A stretch of DNA of 64,000 nt from Octopus vulgaris (taxonomy: Eukaryota). Within the stretch, counting starts at the first letter, position 1. Every line of letters begins with the position of its first letter. Under the pieces are notes generated by a model. That model was given only the letters and a program-made list of their open reading frames with translations. It searched no databases and had not been told where the DNA came from. The stretch spans positions 21,576,001-21,640,000 of the forward strand of contig OX597820.1 of assembly GCA_951406725.2 (NCBI GenBank), read 5' to 3'. Position numbers and translations under genes: made by a program. Below are positions 25,606 to 39,835 of the stretch, one piece after another.

Positions 25606-28600
25606 ACACAATCATTAAACTACTCTGGTTTACTCGTTTCAAAATAATCGTACATTCAACTTTATAGTAGCTCGAGGCTAATCCGACTTAACCCATTGCT
25701 TACTCATAAACTACACCTAATCCTATTACCAGATCTCAGAAGATTTAGAACTTCATGTGTTAATGCTGACTTAGTCAATATGATTAATGTCAACTTCATG
25801 ATAATATGATTAATATTGACTTAGTCAAAATGAATTTTATCGAGTAACATTATAATTCCAGATCGTAAATCAAGAAGTTTACTACCAAACTTCAAAATGG
25901 AATAAAATTTGATAATATCCTAATAGTTTTAATCTTCTTGTTCGTGTAAAGTATCCTGACGAGACAAAAGGTATCATTTCGAGCCAAGAATTATTTTTTA
26001 GTACTTAGGGATGAGCTTCGTTGTATAAATAAAGACCATATAAAATTCCAGAACCTGTTTTAGAATCTTGCTTGCCATTTTATTCCACTCACGTCATTAG
26101 TGTCCTTGAGAGAAGATTAAATAGTATAATCTCTTGTTTTTTTTTATTTGGTAAATGTGTCTTTTATTTCTTTATTTTTTGCGATAAGTTTCAAGAACCA
26201 AGATGTGACGAAATAGAATCCATATGAGCGATAAAATTTTATATATACCTATTTTTGACTGTTACACTTTTATAGAAAATAATCCAAATAAATGTTTGAT
26301 AATGTGAACATAGCATCCATACATAAATAGTCACACACGCATTTGTATACACACAAATGCAATCAGATGCGTTCATGCGCTTCGTAAAAGGCAATTAATA
26401 CTTTAAATAAATGAAAATACATCCAACGTTCTCACGAACAGTGATATCGACAGACAAACTAAAACTAAAGCAATAACTAAATAAATCCAGGCATCAACTT
26501 TGCTAATTTGATAACAAAAAAGGTTCAGAAATGAATTCATTAAACAGATATGCTTACATGAGGTTAGTAACAGACGCCTCACTGTATTATGGCATTTTCT
26601 AACCATAAAACTGTTGGTCAGTTACGTTTAAACAGAGTTAAACAAACGGAGCACACTTCTTATTAACAAAAGATTATATATTTATATTTATACTATGAGA
26701 TGGATAATGGCACCGACATAGATAAGGTGAGATGTTCATCTTGAAACAGCGAACAGCATATCACCTCACACCTTGAAAGATATATATCCTTAACATACAA
26801 GAAAAAGAGATAGTTTCTAAGTATCTTATAAAACAGTGAAAATGATACATTGTGATAATAGATATCGCTGTATCAAACCGGCATAGATGCAGACATTATC
26901 AGTAGTTTCCCCTCAAATGTCACCACCTTACTTCATGTTTAAGAGGCATGATGTAATAAATATGCGTGAATCATCTTCAAATATCATTCGTATGACTCTT
27001 ACTTCTCTGGAAGAATAGAAGAAATTAGCAAATATGGAGGTAGCGAATCCTTTGGTAACATATTGATGAAATATACCAAATATCTTATAAATAAAATAGA
27101 AAATAACGCTTTTAACTACCCCTATTGCAAAATGAGAGTCTAGTCTAGAATGCTTTCTTTTTGCCATCAAACGTCACTTGAAAAAGGTCCAGAAAAGGCA
27201 ATGATATACTATGAGAAGTCATTATTACATATAATGTTACGTAGGAAAAATTGATCTATCGCAAAGATTTTAGGCATCATAAAATTGGAATGTGCCTTTT
27301 AAAAAAAATACAAATAATAAGAGGAAAATTTCAATAAAACAGCGCTTGAAGCACAACCGACCAGACATTGTTTTCCGGGACATAAAGCAAACGTCAGTTT
27401 CTGTTTTAACAAACATGTTTCGTTCGTTGTTACCGTCAATATTAGCAGTGAACTTGAAAGGAACGTTAATTATATTTTGTCTATGTGGTTTCATTCGTAA
27501 AATATAGTAAAAGTTGTATTATTACTTTAGAAAACGTTTACAAAAGATCTAAAAAATATCGGTTTCTCCTAAAATAGCAAAATTTTACTTGATTCATATT
27601 GATTAAAGAAATCAGCGGATTCGTTCACGAATGAGCAACTGTTAAGAAAAAACTATAAAATATTTAGCAAACTTTTCATTTGTAGGAACACAAAATGTGT
27701 ATTTGGACTTTTACGTATCCATATATAAATATATACACCTATAAACATAAGCATAATCTAGTATCACTTTTGGCATAAAAATCGTGAAGAACGACACAAC
27801 AGTATGGAACGTTGGGCAGTTACATATGCGTTGTAGAATGTTAGCTTGGTTTCTATATAACATGTTTTCCTCCCATACGTTCCTATTCCAAATGACAATG
27901 CTATTTTCTTGATAATATTATTTCTATGATGTAATAGCCTGGTAACTTGCCAATAGAGGTCAAGTCTTGTGCAATAAAATTTACCAGATGCAGACTTAGA
28001 AAAGGCTTGAGGTATTTTAGACAGTTTCTGAATATCTAGCATCAAACATGCGAAACCCAAACGCTTTACAAAATTTGTACGTCACGTCTTTCTACGTGTA
28101 ACAAGTTCTTACAGCAAACTATTGATTGACTTGACACGAAGACACTAAATTTTATTGAGAGTTTACAGACGTAAAGGAACATTTGAGCTGAATGTAGAAT
28201 TTGGAAACGTCAATGGCCTTGGAATTGCGTTGGATTTCAGATGTAAAGTAGGTATCAAAATGCAATGAAGATAATTAAGGTAATTAAATGCGATTATTTC
28301 TATGTTTGTTCCTTTATTTCTATCCTACTTCATCTTTTTGCATTATTTTCTTTTTATCTGATGCCGACGTTTTGTATGAATAAGTTTATAGTAATTCCAG
28401 CATTAGAACAATCCTGCCAATTATATTCTTTGTTTTGTTAACTTACATTTTCTTTTGTGAATAAAACAATGAATTGGGTATTGCTAGATGCTAATTCTCT
28501 TAGAAATACGATAATGAATAATTGGTCAGTCTTGTTCTAACTTCTTGAGCCAACTTCATGTCTTTCTTTACATAAAGTGGGAATATTTACGAGCATTTTT

Positions 28601-28794
28601 CATAAGTGTTTTAGGACCCCTTTCTTAGACTCCCCAGTTATGCCTTGTATATTGTACGTATGTGTTAATCAACATTGCTTACAATCTCTGACTGAATGCC
28701 AAGTACAGCAGCCGCTTATACGCAATCTCTTCACGTGGAAGAATGCTTCGCAGACAAGAAGTACAACATTCTTGTAAAAGGAAGATTTAGATAT

Positions 28795-28974
28795 AATAGC
28801 ATAGCTTCCCCAATAACGGCATGGCTTCCACTACAACGGTATGATTTCCATAAAAACGGCATGATTTTCACAATGAAAGCATGGCTTCCACAAGAACGGC
28901 ATGGCGTCCACAATGACGGCTTGACTTCCATAACAATGGTATGACTTGTGCAATAAAGCCATGGTTTCACATAA
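28795..28974. repeat. Degenerate 20 bp minisatellite, 9 units (consensus aacggcatggcttccacaat)
   Basis: Strict 20 bp period with substitutions only. Confidence 0.85.
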
Positions 28975-30114
28975 AGAGTATAGAGTCCACAATCTCTCAT
29001 CAGATAGGATAAGATCAGATTAGCTTCAGCAAGATTTGAAATTGATGCTCTTATTCAAATTAGGTCTATACGACTGAGCAGTTACTATTTTTGTAACTAA
29101 CTTTCAGTAAGAATGGTTGTAATTTACAGGCTATTAATTCTTATCCAAAATCGTATCTCAAAGCTCATTAAGAATCTTTGCCAAGTGAAAAATTGTTAGC
29201 CACCCTAAAATTTCAAACAGCAATTTTTCGGGCACCTACATATTTGCCTTTCTAAATTGAATACCAGCAGAGGTAATACTTTCTTCAGATTGTTCCAGCT
29301 GAGCAGGCTGCTGATTTGTAAAGTTTCCGATTGTGTAGTCATATCCAGTGTTCAAGTATGCCACCTATTTTAATACAAGTCTACTGATTCTAGTTTGTAT
29401 TCAATGTACGAGGTCTAAATTTCTATGAAAGGCTTCGAATGACCCGTCCTTGTATTTTTGTATCGTCTACCTGGATGTTTTGTTGTCCCGTTTTGTATCA
29501 CCTAGTTGTCCAGATGTTTTGCGTTCTTGTCCCATTTTGTATTTTATTTTATATAAACATATATGACTACATATAAAACATCAATATATATATTTTACTT
29601 GCGCCCTTAGCCTCAGCTTCTATGGCGTATAAGTGACCGAGATCACAAGTTCGACTTGAACTGGACGCCGGTTTATTGCAGAGTTCAAGGCCATCAGTTT
29701 TGAAGGGAAGCGACAAGACGACTACATCGATCCTAGTGCTTGACTGGTACTTCATTTTATCGAAAGAATAGATGAAAGGTAAATTTCAACTCTCCAATGT
29801 TAAACGCGAGCAAAACATTTCATTTCACGTCGCTCCAGTCCACTCAGCTGTAAATTAGTGACCCTGCAGTGGACTGGTGTCCCGGTCACGGAAAAGGTTA
29901 TAATCTCGATTACTTATTCGCCATGTAAACCGTGTACCCGCCCCTTTAAATCCTACAACTGTAGAGAGTGATGTCCAAGGATTGACGACGAGGGAGAAGG
30001 ACAATGTAGTGTCAGACAGTATTACCTAATTTAGTTGTTCCCAACGAACGGTCAGCCCCATATTTGCGCGAAATTGCAAAATAATGATATACTTTTTACA
30101 TCTTATTTATAGAA

Positions 30115-30390
30115 GATATAAATATAAATATATATGTATATATACATATATATACATATATATATATAAACAAATGTATATATATATATATATAAATGTG
30201 AATATATATATATATATATATAAGCAAATATATATAAATAAGTAAATATATATATAAACAAATATATATAAATAAATGAATATATATATAAACAAATATA
30301 TATAAATAAATGAATATAAATAAATATATAAATATGAATAAATAAATATATATATATATATACATATATATATAAATATATGAATAAATC
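30115..30390. repeat. (TA)-rich low-complexity tract
   Basis: Direct. Confidence 0.95.
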
Positions 30391-32529
30391 TCTCATCTCT
30401 CAAGACAATAAACATGTCTTTTTCTTTAATGGCATGTCGACTTTGGAGAAATTCCTGACTCTTGAGATTATCTCCCCTTCTCATATGGAATCGGCCTAGA
30501 TTGCCATCCAACTTATCATAACACACCCTCTGGAGATGGAAATTGTTTTAATAAACCAAGAACTTATGTCGAATGGTATTTTATACACTTGTATTTGTCT
30601 AATATTGCATTACATACTTTAGGAAGATGAAATTAATTTGGACATATTGAGTATATCTTATTTGTACTTTATTACATAATTGTAAAGTACCGTTCCGTAA
30701 CTAATTTTGGATGCTGAGGCACCTTATATAGTGTGACGTGAGGAAAAGAAGCTGGTTACGTCTGTCCCAATGCGCCGCTGGCCACAACTGAATTAACATC
30801 TTTAGAGAGAATAAATTGATGCTAAAATATTTCGTGAATATAGTAATGCAAGCAAAACAGAAATTGAAAATAAATCACCACAAATTCAAAATAATCACAA
30901 AATTGGACCACTGACTCATACTCTACAACACTCGCCGCTTAAATATTGACTATTACGAAACTAAATTTTGGTATTAACTTAGCAATATCATATGTTAACA
31001 TGCTATGATGGATTCATTAGGTTTCCAAGTGCTTAGCTTTCATCCACTACCTTCATCATATGGATTACAGCATATAGAAAAATATGCATATAGAACCTAA
31101 CACACACACACACATACACCTGAAATAGACTTCATGGTCCTAATATGATAAATAATTTATGAAGTCGTTAGTATTTTGTGTGTGTGTCCAGTTAGTGGTT
31201 CAATATTCTATCCTTCGTGTCATTTCACTATGACTGCTCACATAAACGTAAGACCATATATAAAGACTTCTTTAAAAAAAAATCTAGTAGAATCTTCAAC
31301 ATGTAAATTAAATGCTGGGACTCGGGTCATTTGATTATTTCAAAGAGATTATTTCAAGAAAATGCGATTAGACAAATGAGTGATGTTTTTATTTAGAAAT
31401 GGAGATATAGATATAACACATCTGTTCAATTGAAGTGTGACAATGAATGTTCAAACAAATAGAGGACGCTGTAGGAATTCTAAAAGCTTATAACTCCAAA
31501 CAAAATTAGATATTATTTGTAGCGAATGGTCTACTATTTGAGCATAGGGCATTTCTTTCTTTTGATACGTTCTAATATTTGATTGAGTACAGCTGGAACA
31601 TCGCATCACCTAGTAAGCTCTGGTACCGCAAAGAAGTAACCTTTATAAAAAGCAAGTAACTTTTAGATCGCAAAAGGAATCCAGATTATCTCTCAGTATT
31701 TGTAACTTCAGATTCTGCCTTCGCATTTAATGAACGGAACCTAATTTTGTAGATAACTACATGTATGTATTTGTGTACGAGATGGATTTCCAGACATGAC
31801 AGAGAAATCAAGACTGTATAGAGATTGTTATGTGGTTTACGAACAGTCGAATTAAAGTGTTCCTAAAAGGGAACTAATGTTTTTGATTTGTTCGTACATA
31901 TTACTTTAACTCCTTTTCAGAATATATTGGAGAGTTTAGTTAATGAAAGATATGTTTGTGAGAGCTTTAATGTTTACGACCGAGTGTTGTTTTTGATTGG
32001 GTGAGAAAGAAGATAATGAGAGAGAAAGGGAAATAGAGAGAAGATATATGTGATGGCGTTACCAATGTATAAATGTGAACGTTTTCTTTTAATGTAGCAA
32101 CAAATACCGACGGGTACTGGCTATTTTTGCCTTAGGAAAGAAATTAACATGGTATTTTTCTTCTTATTTCAAAAGCAAAGAGAAACTAAGCGGGCGGTTA
32201 ACAGTTTCTAAATGGAAACATTAGCATCAATACACGAAATAAGTTTCTACCGACCAACTGGAAAGTTTTGAGAATGTAGTAAGATATTGTGTTTTATACA
32301 GGATATAAGCTACAGCTCACACCGCACTTTAATGAATGTAGATCAGGAATGCTTCTAAATAGCACTTCACCTAAGCTTTTTCCCATCTGTAGAAAATTAG
32401 GAAAACTGTGCTGACGATTCTCAAAGAAAAACCAAGATTGAGTGGATAAAACGTTAATTTCTCAGTGGAAAAAAATCATGTATTTATATCTTGCCTTCAG
32501 TGCTGTGGTATGGGAGAACAAGCACAATC

Positions 32530-32535
32530 ACATAG

Positions 32536-32605
<70 letters not shown>

Positions 32606-32760
32606 CGGGCTTCTCCACAGTTTCCCCTCCCCAAATTCACTCAGAAGTTATTAGTCGGCCCTGCGGATTATAGTAGGAGACACTTGCCGAAGGTATCACA
32701 CGGGGGGACTGAAACCGAAACCGCATGGTGGCAAAACGAGCTTCTTAACCATACAGCCAT
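32530..32760 (-). mobile_element. SINE family A, diverged 5' half
   Basis: acgggcttct...agacacttgccgaagg...gggactgaaaccg...cttcttaaccatacagccat. Confidence 0.7.
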
Positions 32761-34494
32761 ATTTTCCGGTCTTAATCTACTAAGCTGAAAGTGGTTACCG
32801 GTGGAGGAACGATAATCTGGTAAATCACAAAGGATTGTTTGGATGATAATCTAACTCCATCTAGTCCAAATTTAGCATTATACACGTTTAACTATTAATT
32901 TATCAATAGGGAAGCTGCACCCAAGATGAATTCCGAATTCTTTGAATGCTACTGAGATTTAGAACACCCCTCACACACACACACACTCTCACACACACAC
33001 ACACACACTCACACTTCGCCCCCTCTCTCTTTCTGTTACTCTTTCTCGCATAACATGACTATGCTCCGTCTTGCATTACTAAACTAAATTATATACAGGT
33101 GTCTGGTTAGATGAGAAACGATAGCATCTACATAAGAACATTTTTTGTTTTTGTAAGCGATATGCATGTGACTATATATATCACAAGCTAGAATATTAAG
33201 GAAATATTGGATTTTCATGTCTCATAGATATCATGCGGGTGAAATTACAACTTGTTCTTTTTACAGGGATGCAATAAGATATGTCATCCATGTATTTCAA
33301 ACGATATCAATGACACCTTTTGAATCGAATTTTTTTTTCTGGAATAAATAATGGCTTTCACATTCAGATATTTGGGAACTTATCTTTTTTCTATTTGAGC
33401 TTACCAAAAGTTAGAATAATCACTTATTGAGCTTAATATTGGCATCGTCGACATATTTTACAAGATTAAATTGACCCATCTACTTAATTAGTACTGAATT
33501 ATAACGATCCGGAAAGAGTGGAATGCAAAGTACTTTTTAATGGTCTTTAGCGTCTTGATTTGAACCCAGAACATCAGGGCCCAGAAATAAATATTTTAAG
33601 CCATCTTGACATTTGCTCTACAAATTATACTAATCCGCCATCTTAAATTCAACCAGTTTGCTAGTAATTCATATTGCAGCGTTTTCCTATACATGCTGTC
33701 TTCTCCCTCGCCTTGCGTGACAATGGCGTAGCTTGTGTCTATACCGCTCGAGGCAGCCTTGAGTTTGCTACCCCCGCCGTGCCCTCAAGCTTATGCAGGC
33801 TTATGTACAAAACCAACAGCGCCGCCTCCATAAAAGTATCCACCTCCTCGCCCCTTCACCGGCAGTGTTACTGCTGTGTGAGGTCATTGAACCCCAAGTA
33901 CTTTTTTAAAATATCGTTTTATAAAATGTTCCTTATTCGATGAATTCTAATTTTCACTAAAGAAAGATTTGGGGGAGAATTAACTGAATATACTGCCAGG
34001 CATAAAGACAACCAAATCAAAAGACCCAGTCTTTGGTGAGGTAGCATTCTTATAGCTGAGAATAAAATATCTTACATTGATTTAAGTGCAAATACTTATA
34101 CTGAATTGATAAAGTTGATTGAATGTAGCCCAGTATTTCATTAAGATATCGATCCCGGTGGAAAAAAATATAAGATTTATATTCAGAACACAAAAGGGAC
34201 GCTACTGGTTAGAGCAACGATACTCCGTCTGGCAGTTTACCGTTTCTGTCATTCCACCATCCTTCTTATGGTTTTAATCGTATAGGGTGCTGTATTTTTA
34301 TAATTATTTGCAGTTATCTGAACTTGAAAAGCAGCTGTCATTAATTATTCATAATTTCGAATCTAGTTGAATGTTTACTATATAATTTGCATAATGTATC
34401 TTTCTATGAGGAAGTTAGTTTACCCAAGAATCTGTTTACATAATAATCAGTTTACAAGCATAATGAATTTTGTAGTAAAAATGAGCCTTTCTAA

Positions 34495-36400
34495 TAATCC
34501 TTTCTACTACAAGCGCAAGGCCTAAAATTTGGGATAAGGGATTAGTCGATTTAATCCACCACAGTGCTCGAATGGTATTTATTTTATCGACCCTGAAAGG
34601 ATGAAAGGCAAAGTTGATCTCGGCGGAATTTGAACTCAGAACGTAAAGCCAGAAGAAATGCCGTTAAGTATTTTACCCGGTGCAGAACTGTTTTTGCAAG
34701 TTCTCTGCCTCTAAGTGTTTCTAATATTACAAGGAAGCAAAATGTATATCCCTTAATAAGGGAATATATATTGTATTCAGTAAGTAAGCGAACCCCAACT
34801 TTTCGGCTTCTTGAGTTTTTTATAAGAATGCTTTAGAAAATAATTATGAAAGAATTCGTCGTCGATAATATATGCCACAGAGTTTGAAATAGCTGACATC
34901 AAAGGGGAATTAATCCTTTGATAAGATACATACTACATCGATTAATATTGGTTTCAAATTTTGGCACAAGACCAGTACATTCGTACATCGACCCCAGGGC
35001 TCAACTGGCACTTATATTATCGATCTCGGTAGAATTTGAACCCCAAACATGAAGATGGACGAAATTCCGATAAGAATTCTACCCGGCGTGCGAACAATTC
35101 TGTCAGCTCGACGCCTCAGTGACTCGATTAATATTGGTTTAAAATTTTGGCACAAGGCCAGCAAGCCCCGGGCAGGAATTAGTCGGTTACATCGACCCCA
35201 GTGCTTAACTGGTACTTATTTTATCGACCCCGAAACGATGAAAGGCAAAGTCGGCCTAGAAAGAATTAACTCGGTAAATATTAAAACTACATAGTTATGA
35301 AAATCGAGTGCAGTTAGAATTATCTGTCTATAATCGAAGGTAAATTTAAATCTGTTAAGTTCATTTTATTAACTTAATTTCTAGAATATTAATTAATTCT
35401 CCTTTAATGACAGTTACCTAAAAAAATTGATTTGGGAATAAAATCTCTGTGTAACTTAATTCTTAAATAAATCAGTCAAAGATAGAAAGAAAAGTAACCC
35501 AGTATGAAAATGCACTGCATATTTTATGAACCAAAAGTAGTCGAAAATTATTCTCTTCCTATAATTGTGATTGTAAAGCAGTATGGTCTGTCTGCTATGT
35601 AAAGAAGTTGTCACTGCTGTCAGCAGTTGTATATGTGGCGTGAAAAGTATCCAAGTATTACATTCTATAATTTTTCAATTCTTACTTTAAATCAATACAA
35701 GGTTATCCAAATTGTTATTTAAAAAAATTCAGTGAAATTTATTTTATCGACCCTGAAAGGATGAAAGGCAAAGTTGATTTCGGCGGAATTTGAACTCAGA
35801 ACGTAAAGCCAGAAGAAATGCCGTTAAGTATTTTACCCTGTGCAGTAATGTTATAGTACATTCAAATATAGTACATTCAATTATACTTCCAAGTTTGAAT
35901 TAAAAAAAAGAAATTACGATGTAAAAGTTAATGGTTTCTAATTTAGCTACAATGCCAACAATTTTGAGGGGAGGGGTTAAGTCAATATCATCGACTTGAA
36001 TGGTACTTATTTTATCGATCCCGAAAGGAGGAAAGTTAAATTTGACATCAGCAAGATTTGAACTCAGAATCTAAATGACGCGTTAATGATTCTGCCAGAT
36101 CGACGTTGAATTAATAGTAATAAAAATTGAAGATATTGGTTTAGTTCTTAAACTATTTCTTTTATACATAAAATTTAGGGCTAGTAGGGTGGCGAGAATC
36201 ATTCCAACGCAGGGCAAAATGCCTAGAAACATTTTGCCCCTCTTTATGTTCTGAGTTCAAATTCCACCGAGGTTGACTTTGCCTTTCATCCTTTCAGGGT
36301 CGAATAGACAAATGCCAATTGAGCCCTGGGTGTCGATGTAATTGACTTACTATCTCCCGAAATTGCTGGCCTTTTGCCAAAATTTGAATCCAATATTTGG
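34495..36400. mobile_element. Cluster of about six diverged SINE family B copies (mostly minus; 36188-36400 plus)
   Basis: Repeated tttatcgacccYgaaaggatgaaaggcaaagt / atttgaactcagaa / ggcacaaggcca motifs. Confidence 0.8.
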
Positions 36401-39359
36401 AGCTAGTTATCTTCATACGGATTTCTTTGGGGTTCGTTATTGGTATCAGCTTCCTTATTTTATTAAAAAGTCTCTTCAGTTTATGATTTGTTTAGCATTT
36501 TTTATCTGCTTTCCAAAAGTGGATTATTTGGCCAGCAGTGCACACATTTTTCTCATTTATTTCTTAATTTTTCTTTCCCTTGAGATAAGACCAGATTCGT
36601 GGACTGATTTGAAGTTAGTATTTAAGTCATACATATGTTATCGACCAAAAAGAGATAACAGTTGGAGTTTGCGAGATTTTAAAAATAAAATTTATCAGGG
36701 TAAAACTAAGTATGATACTTTTATTTACGCCAACCTGATACCTTTATTTTTACCTCTACAATACCATTAGCATCAAAGTCTATTGTGCGTTGATAGATTT
36801 GAAGAATGCCGCATTTACTGTTTAGAATATTTAATTCAGTTCCTCGAAATTGAATTTACATCTCACAGGGTAGATGTTATCTTTCATTTCTCTGAGGTTG
36901 ATAAAATAACTGAAGGTAATATAATGAAGTTGAATTAATCGACTTAATTACTTCCATACACAAATTGGCCTTGTGCCAGAGTACCTTATCTTTAATGATG
37001 TTAATTGTCCTATCATATTATACATTTTTCAGAGATGACAGGATGAACTCATAGCATCTGGAAATGATTTACGACAGAAGGCGACAAAAGTGGACGATAA
37101 ATTGTTGACTAGCTCCAGGTCATCTCTGATAAAGAAAACATATTATCAAAGAGGTACCATCATTGACCAATCTGACTTTTGTGTATAACTAAGATTACAT
37201 GGTTGTAACACGTCCATCCATTTTAAGACGTTAGAATTGAAAAAAAAATGGTTGCTATTTCTAACCGGTTAACCACACTCTTACTGGTGTTAAGGATGGT
37301 TTAATGTATGAATTTTTCATACGCTTGAAATAATCAGTAAGTTATAAAGGTTTCCAAAATAAAATATTCCAGCTTGTTTTGATATCAGGTCCATACAGAA
37401 TGCCGTGAGAATGCTGACAGGTAGGAAGGGAATTCAGGAAGATGTTTTAAGTGAGGTGGGGGTCAGATTAAATCTAAAGGTTTGAAATCGTGAAGACGAT
37501 CTCGGCAATACAATCTTAGAACGGTACTTCAGCTAGAATGCTTTTAAATACATTCGAATATTGTGTGTATGAACGAATTTTGTTGTAACTTCGTCCTGGA
37601 CCTGTATAAAATCTGTACGTTTTGTAATGTTATGGGAGAAAATTTTGAAGAAAAAAGTGAAAGAAAATAGATTACGTGAAAATATTAAATTCGCTCTCTT
37701 CTAAATATTATATCTTTAAGCAAGGTTTACAAATATTTTATAGATAAACTAACCGTAGTTTAAGTGATATGAAAGTGTTTAATGGCATATATATATCATT
37801 TGATATAACCACTCACATATTTATGTTTGTATACAGGTGTATATAAACACATTCAGATACATGGATACATCCATCCATTTGCCTAATTTCTATCTTTTTT
37901 TTTTACAGCTGGAGGATTAAAATTTTGTAATAAAATTACTTGGAATGAGAATGAGGGAATTGAAACGATAACGCCATTCACTTGTTGCAAATTTATATAC
38001 TTTTATGCCATTTCATTGCTCTAGCAATATTTCCAGCTAATTTTTCGTCTGTGGCAAATTTCCAGAATATCTAGTTTCGTATTTGCTTCATTCCATATTA
38101 CAAATGCGGGTACATAAGATTATTCTAACTTTTTAAAACATGATAGCCGATAAATGGTGTTTCTTCATCTGGTATCTTGTCACGGTGGAATTTGAAAGGA
38201 TAAGCAATGTGCTTAGTCTTAGCATCCTATCCATTTTTTGGTGGGGCGGGCTTCTTCTAGCAGAGGTAAACATTTATCAATCTTTAAAATATCTCTGATT
38301 TTGAGGTAAAGACAAACACAGATCTTTATATTAATTTCATTGGATTATGATATTATATTTATTTAGCGTTTGATATTATAAGAAATATTACACAGGATTG
38401 GAAGTAAAGAAATCCATCATAATAATTTATCGAGCGAAAACGTCTATCTTCATTTGCTATTATAAAAATTATAAAGGTAAATAAGAAAATTCTATCTAGT
38501 GTTTCAAAATAAGAAACCCAGCTGCACACTGTACCTATCACATTTCCCTTATAAAGGTAGCGAATCTACATGCGCGGAGTACTAATCAGACATCATAGTT
38601 ACTAGCAGACTGAAAGTGGCTGTGTGTGTGAGTGAGGGGGAGGTATGTATGTGCGTGTATGTGTATGTACATTTGTGAATGTGTGTGTGCTTGTGTGGGT
38701 GAAATACCGATTACATCATTACCACAAACATTTTTTTTTATTGTTTAGGTAAATCTATAATTTTATTTGGCACTTTACTTTTAGTCTGTCACCAGCAAAG
38801 ATTCTGCAAGACTAATATTCTTGTTAGAAAGTATCTTAAAGGATTAAATAATTTACCTATACAGATTTAATGTGTGTGCGCGTGAATGTATGTACATGTA
38901 TGTATATGTACATGTATGTAGGTATATGTACATGCATGTATGTCTGTGCCTGTGATTTTGTGTGTATATATGTAATTAACTAGGTACGTTGCTTGGTATT
39001 GGAACCAAAAATTTCGACAAGTTAAAAAACTTTAATATAGATTTAATAAAAAAAATGGGAGATGGACGAACATTTTTTGTAGAGGAATGTTGTCAGTTTA
39101 CCAAATAAAATGTTGTGTATGGCTTGGAGTAAACTGACAATGTGTCGAAACTAAAAACAAAAAGGATTTGCTATGATAACATAGATTCTAAATAAACTTT
39201 TCGAGAAACTCTGCAATATTCTACTTGCTTTTTAAATTAAATAATAGAAATGGGAACATTCAACTTCGTTGTAAAACTAAAATGTCAAATTCTCAGGTAA
39301 GATGTAATGCTAAAGATTTTCGAATAAATAATTAAAGAATTCTTAATAATAATGATAAT

Positions 39360-39590
39360 TCTTTTCTACTGAAGGCACAAGACCTGAAATTTGGGGGCAG
39401 GGGACTAGTCGATTACATCGACCCCGGTGTGTAACTGGTACTTATTTCATTAACACAGAAAGGTTGAAAGGCAAATCTGATCTCACCGGAATTTGAACTT
39501 AGAATGTAATGACGGGTGAAATGCCGCTAAGCATTTTGCCCGGCGTGCTAATGATTCTGCCAGCTCGCCGCCTTAATAATAATAATAATA

Positions 39591-39621
<31 letters not shown>

Positions 39622-39835
39622 CTTTTCTCCTAGCGGCACAAGGCCTCAAATTTGTTGGGTGGGGCCTAGTCGATTATATCGACCGCAGTGTTTCATTGGT
39701 ACTTAATTCATCGACCTCGAAAGGATGAAAGGCAATGTCGATCTCGGAGGAATTTGAACTCAGAACGTAATGACGGACGAAATGCCGCTAAGTATTTTGT
39801 CCGGCATGCTAACGATTCTGCCAGCTCGCCGTCTT
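39360..39835 (-). mobile_element. Two tandem SINE family B copies separated by (TAA)n
   Basis: Two complete head-to-tail matches (39360-39573, 39620-39835). Confidence 0.85.

Noticed and set aside
25950-25990. Hammerhead ribozyme at ctgacgagac (also ctgacga at ~32413, ctgatga at ~1660)
   Set aside because: No correctly placed stem II followed by GAAA
30395-30530. Penelope GIY-YIG C-terminal remnant
   Set aside because: Only a weak R..KE..FI-like similarity; too little to call
36342-36770. 142 aa ORF
   Set aside because: TTG start inside a SINE tail, AT-rich low-information composition, no recognisable motif
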